NCBI GenBank assembly: GCA_965115825.1
Contig: OZ220464.1
Span: forward strand, 2,808,874-2,872,873
DNA from: Dehalococcoidia bacterium
Lineage (GTDB): Bacteria; Chloroflexota; Dehalococcoidia; Lucifugimonadales; UBA3495
Direction of reading: 5' to 3'
Length of the DNA: 64,000 nucleotides
In this document: positions 20,453-30,148 of the stretch, one piece after another
How positions within the stretch are numbered: the stretch's first letter is position 1
How the letters are laid out: each line of letters begins with the position of its first letter
The notes under the pieces: model-generated
Databases searched by the model: none
What the model saw: the letters and a program-made list of their open reading frames with translations, nothing else
Told to the model about the DNA's origin: nothing
Program-made: the position numbers and the translations under genes

Positions 20453-20797
20453 TCAGCCACCGCCGCAACCGCAATTACCACACCCTCCGCCGCCGCAGCC
20501 ACCGCCGCCGCCGGAGTACATGGGGTTGTTGATGACGAAACCGACGCGACCGCCGAACTCTTCCACGTAGTCAATGGTGGCCTCTTCCAAGAAGGGCGCG
20601 CTGTCGGAATCGAGCAGAAACTCGACCCCGCTCATGCGCAGGACGGTATCGTCGGGCTGGTGTTCCTTTTCCATGGTCAGCATATACTGCAAGCCGGGCC
20701 CGGCCGGCATTGCGACGACGCGCAGGGCCGAATCGGCTTCGTTCTCGTCGTCCATAACTTCCTTAAGTTTCTCGATGGCCAGGGGGGTGATGTTCAT
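20453..20797 (-). CDS. HesB/IscA-family Fe-S assembly accessory protein
   Basis: ITPLAIEKLK, ALRV, LLDSDSAPFLEEATIDY, GFVINNP, C-terminal CGCG. Confidence 0.82.
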   Translation of the reverse strand: MNITPLAIEKLKEVMDDENEADSALRVVAMPAGPGLQYMLTMEKEHQPDDTVLRMSGVEFLLDSDSAPFLEEATIDYVEEFGGRVGFVINNPMYSGGGGGCGGGGCGNCGCGGG

Positions 20798-20984
20798 CGT
20801 AGTCGCTCCTGATGCAGTGCGCACCGGGACAACGCCCCCGGCGGCATGATGCGATTGGCTTGTCGGCAAAGCCTACCACGCAACGGGTAGTCGCGTCAAT
20901 CGGCGCGTTGCTCCGCAGGGGTTCCTGGCGGAGCTGCGGAGCTGGCCCCTTGCTGCGGGCTGCCTTTGAGTTGACCGGCCGCGG

Positions 20985-23651
20985 TTATTGGGGCGGCGCG
21001 GGTGGTGTTGGGGTTGGACTTTCCGGCGCGCCGCCCTGCCCGGGCGCTCCTCCCCCTATGTTCTCGTTGTTCGTGCTCTCCTGTACTGTTGTGACGATAT
21101 AGCTCGTCCATTGGGAGTGGCCGTAGCCGTTTTTGCTGCGAACGGAGTGCGCATAGGGGGCACCCTGGTCAAGGCCGCGGATGGTGGCGCCGGAACCGTT
21201 GAAGGTGATGGTGTAGTCGTGGGTCAGGTGACTTTCCCGGAAGGGAAGCGTCCGCCAATCGCCGGCCCGGCCGTCCCACTGCATTACTTCGTAGGAGGTA
21301 GCGCGGGCGGCGTCGCTCCAGTCCAGAGTGATGTAGCCGACGCCGGCCGTGCCGGTTAAGCCTGTGGGCATCGCTGGCAGCTCCAATCGCGTAGGCACCG
21401 GAGTTAGCGTCGGCAGATAGGCGAAGCCGGCTCCCCACTGGTTGTTGGGGCCCGGCGTGGGAGTGGGGGTGCCCGCGGGGACGCTGGCGGAGCGACGCAG
21501 GGCGTGGTCTTTGAGGAATTTAACGATGTCGGCGGGGGCGTCGGATTGTCCGGTTTTCCGGCGCATTTCGATTGCCAGTGCAGCCAGGCCGGCGACGTGG
21601 GGCGCGGCCTGGCTGGTGCCGGGCCAAGCACCTTGGTAAGCGGCTGACCTTCCTCGGTCAGCGCCGACGATATCCGGCTTGAGCCCAGACCGGCGGTCTA
21701 CTGTCGGGCCGCGGCTGCTGAACGCCTCGAGCGCGGTGGGGGTTGCCCAGTTGGCGGCGCCTACCGCCAGCATACCCCGGTTGGCGCTTTCCGCTGGGTT
21801 TGTCATGCTGTAATACTGCGTGTTATGTTCCAGATTGTCGTCGATTTCAGCGCCGGTATGGACCTGAAGCTGTACCCAGGATGGTGGCGTCTCGCCCTCG
21901 TATATTACGCGCAGGCAGTAATCAAAAGTCAAGCGCGGCGTGAACTCAATATAGTCCAGCGGGTAATGTTCGTTTGCGCCGTTCTGCGGCTGGGTACTAT
22001 CCCTGACCTCTATATCTTTTGCGAGCGGTAAGACCATCACCAATTGCAGAGCAAGGTCTTTGCTTGCTCCTACACCGTTGTTGTTCGTTCCCCTCCAGGC
22101 GTCGTCCCAGCGTAGTTGAAAGTAATAACTATGATTCCTCCTCAATCTAATTTTGTTGCAGTCATCATCACCGTTAAATTCCATACGGTCATCGGCGTTC
22201 CGGTCACTGAAAGTTCGGGAGAACCAGGTCAGCTTCGCGTGATTGCCGGCTGCGTTCACCCATACCGCCGGGTTGACTATCTTGTTTCCGTCGCTGTCCG
22301 TGGCCGGGGTGTTCCCATTGAAGACCGTGCCGTTAACTGCGGCATCAATGGCTTTGAGCGGGGTATCGTAGAACGGGGATGTGCCGTCCCCCGGTCCGTC
22401 CCAAAGATAAGTAGCCGAATGCACGATAACATCCGCTTCCCGTCCCAGCATCCAGTTCACTGTCGGCAGCAGGTGTTCCTTACTTGCGTTTGAAATCAGC
22501 AGTTTTACGTTGGGCGCGATGGCTATAACGGCCTCGGCAACGGATGTGCCGTGTGTCCCGCCTCTATTAGTACATAGTGCGAGACCTCGGTCTGGGGATG
22601 CAAGACCCGGGTTATGATTATAGCAGAGATGCTCAACCGTCACGGAGTTCAGGTGCGTTGGTAAATCTCTGAAACCCGAATAATCAATTATACCTACGGT
22701 TATTCCATCTCCTTTGTACCCGTGTACCATATTGTTATTCCACACCGTAGCGCCGTGGGCGCCGGCCGGGTTGGTGGCGCCCGATGGCTGCTGCAGCCCC
22801 GGCGAATGCATCGGGCCACCAGGGCCATAGGGTGAATAGTCGTGTGTGATCTCCACCCCGGGCAGCTTTGCCAGCCGAGGCACCAGTGACCACGGTATGA
22901 ATGTAACTACGGCGTCGGTCGTGCTGTTCTCAACATAAGGGCGATAGATTTGCCAAGGATCCAGTGTGATGTCATTGTCTTTCAGGAATTGCAGCACCCG
23001 GTCAGTGTTGCCAGAGTTTGCTGGGTTCTTGATCCAAATTTTCACATCAATATACAACCCGGAGGAACCGCTCAGGCTGGCTGCGGCTTCCTCGGCGGTA
23101 ATCAGCCCAGCTTCGTATTCGGAATACACCGCGCTCAATATAACACCCATGCCCTGATAGGGTTGTACCTTTGAGGAGATTTTGCCCACCCCGCGCATTT
23201 CCGACAGCTCGATAATCATGTCCAGCGTAAGCTCAGCCGAGATGACGCCGTTTTCCGGGTCATCCACGGCGGTGCTAGGCGTAACCCCTTTCTCTTTCAG
23301 AAAGGCCAGAATGTTGTCAAAATTGTGAGTTGCGTACCTGCTGCCGTCAGTATCGAAACGCACCTTAATCAATTCCGCGGATTCCGAACCGCTTTGACCG
23401 GAAAAGCCTGGCCGGTTAGCGGCGGCCTTATGCTTGGCCACCTGTCCCGCCAGGAATGGGCTGAAGGGGCTGTCCATTCTGACGTATTTGGTGGGTTTCG
23501 GGGTGGGGGTGTGCGTTGACGGCGAGTCTGGGGTGTTGCTTTGGCCTGACGGGGAGGCCGGCGCGCAGGCGATGGCCAGCCCAATCAGGATGACCAGCGT
23601 GGCGGCGGCGGTGAGGAGTATCAAGGGTAGGGCATTGCTGCGGCGCGTCAT
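20985..23651 (-). CDS. Lipoprotein: array-type N-terminal domain + S8 subtilase + FN3-like domain (unit E, full length)
   Basis: LAIAC lipobox; GIID, HGTSVAE, NAAGN, GTSQAAPHVAG catalytic motifs; C-terminal PTGLTG..LDWS..YEV. Confidence 0.9.
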   Translation of the reverse strand: MTRRSNALPLILLTAAATLVILIGLAIACAPASPSGQSNTPDSPSTHTPTPKPTKYVRMDSPFSPFLAGQVAKHKAAANRPGFSGQSGSESAELIKVRFDTDGSRYATHNFDNILAFLKEKGVTPSTAVDDPENGVISAELTLDMIIELSEMRGVGKISSKVQPYQGMGVILSAVYSEYEAGLITAEEAAASLSGSSGLYIDVKIWIKNPANSGNTDRVLQFLKDNDITLDPWQIYRPYVENSTTDAVVTFIPWSLVPRLAKLPGVEITHDYSPYGPGGPMHSPGLQQPSGATNPAGAHGATVWNNNMVHGYKGDGITVGIIDYSGFRDLPTHLNSVTVEHLCYNHNPGLASPDRGLALCTNRGGTHGTSVAEAVIAIAPNVKLLISNASKEHLLPTVNWMLGREADVIVHSATYLWDGPGDGTSPFYDTPLKAIDAAVNGTVFNGNTPATDSDGNKIVNPAVWVNAAGNHAKLTWFSRTFSDRNADDRMEFNGDDDCNKIRLRRNHSYYFQLRWDDAWRGTNNNGVGASKDLALQLVMVLPLAKDIEVRDSTQPQNGANEHYPLDYIEFTPRLTFDYCLRVIYEGETPPSWVQLQVHTGAEIDDNLEHNTQYYSMTNPAESANRGMLAVGAANWATPTALEAFSSRGPTVDRRSGLKPDIVGADRGRSAAYQGAWPGTSQAAPHVAGLAALAIEMRRKTGQSDAPADIVKFLKDHALRRSASVPAGTPTPTPGPNNQWGAGFAYLPTLTPVPTRLELPAMPTGLTGTAGVGYITLDWSDAARATSYEVMQWDGRAGDWRTLPFRESHLTHDYTITFNGSGATIRGLDQGAPYAHSVRSKNGYGHSQWTSYIVTTVQESTNNENIGGGAPGQGGAPESPTPTPPAPPQ

Positions 23652-23693
23652 GTTGGGTAGCCTCCGGCGTCGGGCTGGTCGGGTTGGGGGTGA

Positions 23694-24743
23694 TTATAGC
23701 CGCGCGCGGGGGGCTTCGCAAATGGCGGCGCTGTGGGTTTCGGCCGGGTTGGTGGCGCCCGATGGCTGCTGCTGCCCGGGCGAATGCATCGGGCTATTGG
23801 GAGCACTCGTATCAGGGTTTTCTCTAATCTCTATTCCCTGCAGATTTGCCAACCGGGGCACCAGCGTCCACGGTATGGAGGTAATTACGGCGTCGGTCGG
23901 TGGTATGGCCTTTGTGATATGGCCTTTAATATAGGGGCGATAGATGTTCCAAGGGTCCAGCGTGACGCCATAGTCTTTCAGGAATTGCAGCACCCGGTCA
24001 GTGTTGCCGGAGCCAGCCGGGTTCTCGATCCAAATTTCCACTGGAATGTTCATGTTCGGGTAACCGTCTAGGCTGGCCACGGCTTCTTCGGCGGTAATCA
24101 GCCCGGCTTCGTACTCGGAATACACCGCGCTCAATATAACACCCATGCCTTGATAGGGTTGGACCTTTGAGGAGATTTTGCCCACCCCGCGCATTTCCGA
24201 CAGCTCGATAATCATGTCCAGCGTAAGCTCAGCCCAGATGACGCCGTTTTCCGGGTCATCCACAGCGGTGCTAGGTGTAACCCCTTTCTCTTTCAGAAAA
24301 GCCAGAATGTTGTCAAAATTGTGGGTTGCATACCTGCTACCGTCCGTATCGAAATTCACTTCAATCAGTTCCGCGGAGTCAGAACCGCTTTGACCGGAAA
24401 AGCCTGGCCGGTTCGCGGCGGCCTTGTGCTTGGCCACCTGTCCCGCCAGGAATGGGCTGAAGGGGCTGTCCATTCTGACGTATTTGGTGGGTTTCGGGGT
24501 GGGGGTGTGCGTTGCCGTGGGGGTGTGTGTCGTTGTTGCCGTTGCCATGGGGGTAGAGGTGTGGGCTGACGTTGCCGGCGAGGTTAGGGTAGGCATGTGC
24601 GTTGCAGTTGCCGGCGAGGTAGGGGTGTTGCTTTGCGTTGGCGGGGGCGCCGGCCGGCAGGCGAGGGCCAGCCCGGTCAGGATGACCAGCGTGGCGGCGG
24701 CGGTGAGCAGTATCAGGGGTAGGGCGTTACTGCGGCGCTTCAT
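23694..24743 (-). CDS. Lipoprotein paralogue of the S8 N-terminal region only (unit D)
   Basis: Near-identical to the first ~300 aa of 20985-23651; ends just after PSGATNPA. Confidence 0.85.
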   Translation of the reverse strand: MKRRSNALPLILLTAAATLVILTGLALACRPAPPPTQSNTPTSPATATHMPTLTSPATSAHTSTPMATATTTHTPTATHTPTPKPTKYVRMDSPFSPFLAGQVAKHKAAANRPGFSGQSGSDSAELIEVNFDTDGSRYATHNFDNILAFLKEKGVTPSTAVDDPENGVIWAELTLDMIIELSEMRGVGKISSKVQPYQGMGVILSAVYSEYEAGLITAEEAVASLDGYPNMNIPVEIWIENPAGSGNTDRVLQFLKDYGVTLDPWNIYRPYIKGHITKAIPPTDAVITSIPWTLVPRLANLQGIEIRENPDTSAPNSPMHSPGQQQPSGATNPAETHSAAICEAPRARL

Positions 24744-25759
24744 GTTGGGTAGCCTCCGGCGTCGGGCTGGTTGGGTTGGGGGTGATTATAACCGCGCGCG
24801 TGGGAGGGTTCGCAGATGGTAGCGCCGTGGGCGTCGGCCGGGCTGGCAACGCCTGTCGACTGCTGCCCCGGCACCTCCATCCGGCCGTGGGGATCACTGG
24901 TATCAGGATTTGATCTAACCTCTATTCCCGGCAGCTTTGCCAGTCGAGGCACCAGCGACCACGGCACCGAGGTAAATACGGAGTCAGTCGGCGGTATGGC
25001 CTTTGTGATATCACCTTTAAAGTAGGGGCGATAGACGTTCCAAAGATGATCCACTGTGACGCGATTGTCTTTCAGGAAGCGCAGCACCCGGTCGGTGTTG
25101 CCGGAGCCAGTCGGATTCTCGATCCAAATTTCCACTGGAATGTTACCGTTCTGGTAGCCGCCCAGGCTGGCCACGGCTTCCTCTGCGGTAATCAGCCCGG
25201 CGTCGTACTCGGAGTACACCCCGCTCAGTCTGATACCCATGCCTGGATACTGTTGGCCCCTTGAGAAGATTGCGCTTACCCCACGCATTTCCGACAGCTC
25301 GATAATCGTGTCCAGCGTAAGCTCAGCCTCGATCATACCGCTCTCGGGATCGTCGAAGGTCCAGTCGAGCGGGGTAACGCCCTGCTCTTTCAGGTAGCGC
25401 ATAATGCCGGGGTAGTTGTACTCAGGCGGGTACAGGGAGCCGACAGTAAAGATAGACGCCACAATCAGCTCCTCGGCATCCGAACCGCCTTGGCCCAGGA
25501 AGCCTGGCCCCCTGGCCTTGCGCTTGGCGACTTCCCCGGCGAGGAACGAGTCGAAGGGGCTGTCCTCTCTGACGTATTTGGTTGGCGACGGTGCGGGGGT
25601 GTGCGTGGGGGTAGGGGTGTGCGTTGACGGCGAGTCTGGGGTGTTGCTCTGGGCTGACGGGGAGGCCGGCGCGCAGGCGATGGCCAGCCCAATCAGGATG
25701 ACCAGCGTGGCGGCGGCGGTGAGTAGGAGCAGGGGTAGGGCGTTGCTGCGGCGGGTCAT
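24740..25759 (-). CDS. Lipoprotein paralogue of the S8 N-terminal region only (unit C)
   Basis: MTRRSNALPLLLL..LAIAC; conserved AELTLD.IIELSEMRGV, GLITAEEA, GNTDRVL. Confidence 0.85.
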   Translation of the reverse strand: MTRRSNALPLLLLTAAATLVILIGLAIACAPASPSAQSNTPDSPSTHTPTPTHTPAPSPTKYVREDSPFDSFLAGEVAKRKARGPGFLGQGGSDAEELIVASIFTVGSLYPPEYNYPGIMRYLKEQGVTPLDWTFDDPESGMIEAELTLDTIIELSEMRGVSAIFSRGQQYPGMGIRLSGVYSEYDAGLITAEEAVASLGGYQNGNIPVEIWIENPTGSGNTDRVLRFLKDNRVTVDHLWNVYRPYFKGDITKAIPPTDSVFTSVPWSLVPRLAKLPGIEVRSNPDTSDPHGRMEVPGQQSTGVASPADAHGATICEPSHARGYNHPQPNQPDAGGYPT

Positions 25760-25802
25760 GTTGGATAGCCTCCAGCGTCGGGCTGGTCGTGTTGGGGGGT
25801 AA

Positions 25803-26747
25803 TTATAGCCGCGCGTGGGAGGGTTCGCAAATGGCGGCGCCGTGGGCGTCGGCCGGGCTGGCGGCACCCGATGGCTGCTGCTGCCCCGTCGACCCCATCG
25901 GGCCAAGAGGGAGGAACGTATCGGGATTTGCTCTAACCTTTATTCCCGGCAGCTTTGCCAACCGAGGCACCAGCGTCCACGGCACCGAGGTATATATGGC
26001 GTCAGTTGATGGTATTCCCCTTACGGTACTGCGACGAAAGATATGCCAAGAGCTCGGTATGATTCCATTGTCTTTCAGGAAGCGCAACACCCGGTCGGTG
26101 TTGCCGGAGTTTGCCGGGTTCTTGATCATAATTTTCACCGGAATGTTACCGTTCGGGTAGCCGAACAGGCTGGCCACGGCTTCTTCGGCGGTAATCAGCC
26201 CGGCGTCGTACTCGGAGTACACCCCGCTCAGTTCGATGCCCATGCCGTCGTGCTGATGGCCTATTGAGAATATTTTGCCAACCCCGCGCATTTCCGACAG
26301 ATCGATAATCATGTCCAGCGTAAGCTCAGCGTAAATTCTGCCGGACTCCGGGTCGTTAAAGGCCCGGGTAGGTGTAACGCCCTGCTCTGTCAGGTAGCGC
26401 ATAATGCCGGGGTAGTTGTAATGGAGCGGATACTGCCAGCCGGCAGTATCGAAATGCACCTTAATCAGTTCCGTGGCGCCCGAGGCGCTTTGACCGGAAA
26501 AGCCCGGCCGGTTCGCGGCGGCCTTGCGCTTGGCCACTTGTGCAGCGAGGAAGGAGTCAAAGGGGCTGTCCTCTCTGACGTATTCGGTGGGTTTCGGGGT
26601 GGGGGTGTGCGTTGACGGCGTGGCTGGGGTGTTGCTCTGGGCTGACGGGGAGGCCGGCGCGCAGGCGATGGCCAGCCCAATCAGGATGACCAGCGTGGCG
26701 GCGGCGGTGAGGAGTATCAGGGGTAGGGCGTTGCTGCGGTGGGTCAT
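25803..26747 (-). CDS. Lipoprotein paralogue of the S8 N-terminal region only (unit B)
   Basis: Same signal peptide and conserved blocks. Confidence 0.85.
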   Translation of the reverse strand: MTHRSNALPLILLTAAATLVILIGLAIACAPASPSAQSNTPATPSTHTPTPKPTEYVREDSPFDSFLAAQVAKRKAAANRPGFSGQSASGATELIKVHFDTAGWQYPLHYNYPGIMRYLTEQGVTPTRAFNDPESGRIYAELTLDMIIDLSEMRGVGKIFSIGHQHDGMGIELSGVYSEYDAGLITAEEAVASLFGYPNGNIPVKIMIKNPANSGNTDRVLRFLKDNGIIPSSWHIFRRSTVRGIPSTDAIYTSVPWTLVPRLAKLPGIKVRANPDTFLPLGPMGSTGQQQPSGAASPADAHGAAICEPSHARL

Positions 26748-26789
26748 GTTGGGTGGTCTCCGGTGTTGGGCTGGTTGGGTTGGGGGTGA

Positions 26790-27833
26790 TTATAACCGCG
26801 CGTGGGGTGCTTCGGGCTTGGTAGCGCCGTGGGCGTCGGCCGGGTTGGTGGCGCCCGATGGCTGCTGCCCAAGCGAATGCATCGGGCCATCGGGCACGCT
26901 CGTATCAGGATCTGCTCTAACCTCTATTCCCGGCAGCTTTGCCAGTCGAGGCACCAGCGACCACGGCACGGAGGTGTATATGGCGTCAGTTGGTGGTATT
27001 CCCCTTAGGGTACTGCGACGAAAGATATCCCAAGAGCTCGGTATGATTCCATTTTCTTTCAGGAAGCGAAGCACCCGGTCGGTGTTGCCGGAGTCTGCCG
27101 GGTTCTTGATCATAATTTGCACCGGAATGTTACCGTTCGGGTAGCCGAACAAGCTGGCCACGGCTTCTTCTGCGGTAATCAGCCCGGCGTCGTACTCGGA
27201 GTACACCCCGCTTAGTTCAGGACCCATGCCTGGATACTGTTGGCTCGGTGTGGAGATTCTGTCCACCCCGCGCATTTCCGACAGCTCGATAATCATGTCC
27301 AGCGTAAGCTCAGCCCTAATTAGACCGCTCTCCGTATCGTCGAAGGCCCAGATCGGGGTAACGCCCTGCTCTTTCAGGTAGCGCATAATGCCTGGGTAGT
27401 TATACTCAGGCGGATACAGCGAGCCGACGGTACTGATAGACGTCTCAATCAGCTCATCGGCGTCCGAACTGCCTTGGCCCAAGAAAGCCGGCCTTCCTGC
27501 CTTGCGCTTGGCAACTTCCCCGGCGAGGAACGAGTCGAAGGGGCTGTCCTCTCTGACGTATTTGGTGGGCGACGGTGCGGGGGTGTGTGTCGCCGTGGGG
27601 GTGGGAGCGTGTGTCGCTGTTGCCGTTGCCATGGGGGTAGAGGTGTGGGCTGACGTTGCCGGCGAGGTGAGCGTAGGCATGTGCGTTGCGGTTGCCGTTG
27701 CCGGCGAGGTAGGGGTGTTGCTTTGCGTTGGCGGGGGCGCAGGCCGGCAGGCTATGGCCAGCCCGGTCAGGATGACCAGAGCAGCGGCGGCTGCGAGGAG
27801 TATCAGGGGTAGGGCGTTGCTGCGGTGGGTCAT
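26790..27833 (-). CDS. Lipoprotein paralogue of the S8 N-terminal region only (unit A)
   Basis: Same signal peptide and conserved blocks. Confidence 0.85.
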   Translation of the reverse strand: MTHRSNALPLILLAAAAALVILTGLAIACRPAPPPTQSNTPTSPATATATHMPTLTSPATSAHTSTPMATATATHAPTPTATHTPAPSPTKYVREDSPFDSFLAGEVAKRKAGRPAFLGQGSSDADELIETSISTVGSLYPPEYNYPGIMRYLKEQGVTPIWAFDDTESGLIRAELTLDMIIELSEMRGVDRISTPSQQYPGMGPELSGVYSEYDAGLITAEEAVASLFGYPNGNIPVQIMIKNPADSGNTDRVLRFLKENGIIPSSWDIFRRSTLRGIPPTDAIYTSVPWSLVPRLAKLPGIEVRADPDTSVPDGPMHSLGQQPSGATNPADAHGATKPEAPHARL

Positions 27834-28067
27834 GTTGAGTGGCCTCCGGCGATGGATGCGTAATAGGTTGTTGCAATGCTAGCATTCGCTCTGCGGCGCG
27901 ACAATCAAGCGGAATGCGATGGACGTATTGATTTGAATTCGGTCAAATCGGCTCAGAGGTTCACGCCTGGGGCACTGTGGGAGGGGGATGGGTGTTGACT
28001 GCATTGGGCGGCGCCGATAGTCTGTTGCCGTCATTCCCGCCGCTACTATGAAAAGGAGAGTTGCTCA

Positions 28068-28910
28068 ATGTCGCAATTGACTGCCGCTACATCAGCCGCT
28101 GTCGCCGGAGATACGTTTGTTGACTCCGAGGGCCATATTCTATTGCGCCGGGAGCCTCCGGTGGCAACCGTTACCATCAATCGCCCGGCGCAGCGCAATG
28201 CCATATCCTTTGCGATGTGGGGGCAGTTGACTGAGCTGCTGCGGGAGCTGGATGCCGACCGGGCGGTGCGGTGCGTGGTGATTGCGGGCGCCGGCGGCGA
28301 GGCGTTCTCGGCGGGGGCAGACATCGGCGACTTTGGAGAGTATCGCAGCGATTCGGTGAAAGGGCGGGCCTATAATCGGGCGGTGGACGGCCTGCTGGAG
28401 ACGGTGTCGGAGACAGGCACGCCGGTGATTTCCATGATTCGGGGGTTTGCGGCCGGGGGCGGGTGCGAGCTGGCAATCGCCACCGACCTGCGCATCGCCG
28501 CCGAGGGCAGCCGTCTGGGGATTCCGGTGGCCCGGCTGGGCATCACCATCGGGCACCGGGAGATGTACGGTCTGGTGAACCTGGTGGGGAGGGGCAACGC
28601 GCTGTACATTCTGCTGTCGGGGAGGCTGCTGGACGCTGGGGAGGCGCTGAGGATTGGGCTGGTCAATCAGGTGGTTCCGTCCGAGAAGTTGGAGGAGGTT
28701 ACTTACGGGCTGGCGTCGGATATTGCGAATCTGGCGCCGCTGTCTCACGCGGTGAATAAGAAGACGCTGAACCAGGCGCTGGCGAAGCCGTCGCTGGATT
28801 TGACGCCGGAAGAGGCGGATTTGCCGCTGACGCAGTTTGACACGCGCGACTACCACGAGGGGTTCCGGGCCTTTTTGGAGAAGCGCCGGCCGGAATTCAT
28901 CGGGGAATAG
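28068..28910 (+). CDS. Enoyl-CoA hydratase/isomerase family protein
   Basis: TINRPAQRNA, FSAGADI, AAGGGCELA, EGFRAFLEKRRP. Confidence 0.92.
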   Translation: MSQLTAATSAAVAGDTFVDSEGHILLRREPPVATVTINRPAQRNAISFAMWGQLTELLRELDADRAVRCVVIAGAGGEAFSAGADIGDFGEYRSDSVKGRAYNRAVDGLLETVSETGTPVISMIRGFAAGGGCELAIATDLRIAAEGSRLGIPVARLGITIGHREMYGLVNLVGRGNALYILLSGRLLDAGEALRIGLVNQVVPSEKLEEVTYGLASDIANLAPLSHAVNKKTLNQALAKPSLDLTPEEADLPLTQFDTRDYHEGFRAFLEKRRPEFIGE

Positions 28911-28921
28911 CCGGCAGTGCG

Positions 28922-29698
28922 ATGACTGCGCCGGCGGAACGGGAACCTCGGCGGCGGCGGACGCGACGGCGGGCGGACCTGCTGCTGGTTGAGCGGGGGC
29001 TGGCGGAAAGCAGGGAGCGCGGTCAGGCTCTGATAATGGCCGGTTCCGTCTTTACGCCGGAGGGGCCGGTACGGAAGGCCGGCACGTTTCTGAGTATAGA
29101 CACGCCTCTGGAGGTGCGGGAGCGGCTGCCCTATGTGAGTCGGGGCGGTGTCAAACTGGCTCATGCGCTGGATGCGTGGGTGGAGCCTTACGGGATAGAG
29201 ATAGAGGGCATGGTCGCCCTGGACGTGGGGGCATCTACCGGTGGCTTCACGGACTGCCTGTTGCAGCGCGGGGCCGGTCGAATTTATGCGGTGGACGTGG
29301 GGCATGGGCAACTGCACTACCGGCTACGGCAGAGCCCGCGGGTAGTGTGTATGGAGAAGGTGAACGCGCGTTATCCTTTTGGGCTGCCGGAGCCGGTGGA
29401 TCTGCTGGTGGCCGACGTGTCGTTTATCTCGCTGACCATGGCGCTGCCGGAGCCGTTGACGCATCTGCGGGAGGGCGGTTACGCCGTTGCCCTAGTCAAG
29501 CCGCAGTTTGAGGCGCGGCGAGGGGAGGTGGGCAAGGGGGGTGTTGTACGCGATGATGCGCTGCGCAATGACATCCTGTCCCGGGTTCGGAGTTGGCTGG
29601 CGGGGAGAGATGATGTTGAACTGCTGGAGACGATAGAGTCGCCCATTACGGGCGACGCCGGCAACCGGGAGTTCCTGGCGTTGATGCGGAAACTCTGA
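28922..29698 (+). CDS. tlyA: TlyA family rRNA methyltransferase
   Basis: YVSRGGVKL, DVGASTGGFTDCLLQRGA, DVSFISL, LVKPQFE, GNREFL. Confidence 0.93.
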   Translation: MTAPAEREPRRRRTRRRADLLLVERGLAESRERGQALIMAGSVFTPEGPVRKAGTFLSIDTPLEVRERLPYVSRGGVKLAHALDAWVEPYGIEIEGMVALDVGASTGGFTDCLLQRGAGRIYAVDVGHGQLHYRLRQSPRVVCMEKVNARYPFGLPEPVDLLVADVSFISLTMALPEPLTHLREGGYAVALVKPQFEARRGEVGKGGVVRDDALRNDILSRVRSWLAGRDDVELLETIESPITGDAGNREFLALMRKL

Positions 29699-29802
29699 AA
29701 TTAGGGATGGCTGCCAAAATACGCCCGGCACAACGTTGAAAAGTCGGGTATGATATTGGCGTTTGCAATTTCAGACTTCCCTTAGGGAGCAAGGAGAGTG
29801 AT

Positions 29803-30126
29803 ATGTACCTACTGAGGCGAATCTTCAAGACGAAGCCGGGTGAAGCGCGGCGGGTGGCGAGTCTGCTACAGAAGCAGGCGCAAATCTATCATGACGCAGG
29901 CCAGCGCAGTGAGTTCAAGGTTTATTTCAACGGCGCTACGGTTCCCGGCGAGACCGATGTGGTGGTGCTGGAATGGACTGACGAAGCGTTGATGTCGCCG
30001 ATGCGGGGCGGGCACCAGCTGCCGGCGGCGGCGCTGGAAATCGGCGCGCAGGTTCGTCAGCTGGTGGAAAGCAACCGCATCGAGTTTATGGAGCTGATGA
30101 CGCCGGACAAGATGCTGGACGTGTAG
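29803..30126 (+). CDS. Small hypothetical protein (dimeric alpha-beta barrel/NIPSNAP-like)
   Basis: 107-aa ORF with AAGGAG RBS. Confidence 0.65.
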   Translation: MYLLRRIFKTKPGEARRVASLLQKQAQIYHDAGQRSEFKVYFNGATVPGETDVVVLEWTDEALMSPMRGGHQLPAAALEIGAQVRQLVESNRIEFMELMTPDKMLDV

Positions 30127-30148
30127 CGCGGCGCGCGGAGGTGCAATT

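Noticed and set aside
20441-20455. TGA after CGCGGG in the HesB-like gene as selenocysteine
   Set aside because: Only three codons follow before TAG, there is no SECIS-like hairpin, and it is not at a clearly conserved Cys position
20985-27833. Diversity-generating retroelement or shufflon explanation for the array
   Set aside because: No reverse transcriptase or invertase in the window; differences are not adenine-specific; all units are in direct orientation
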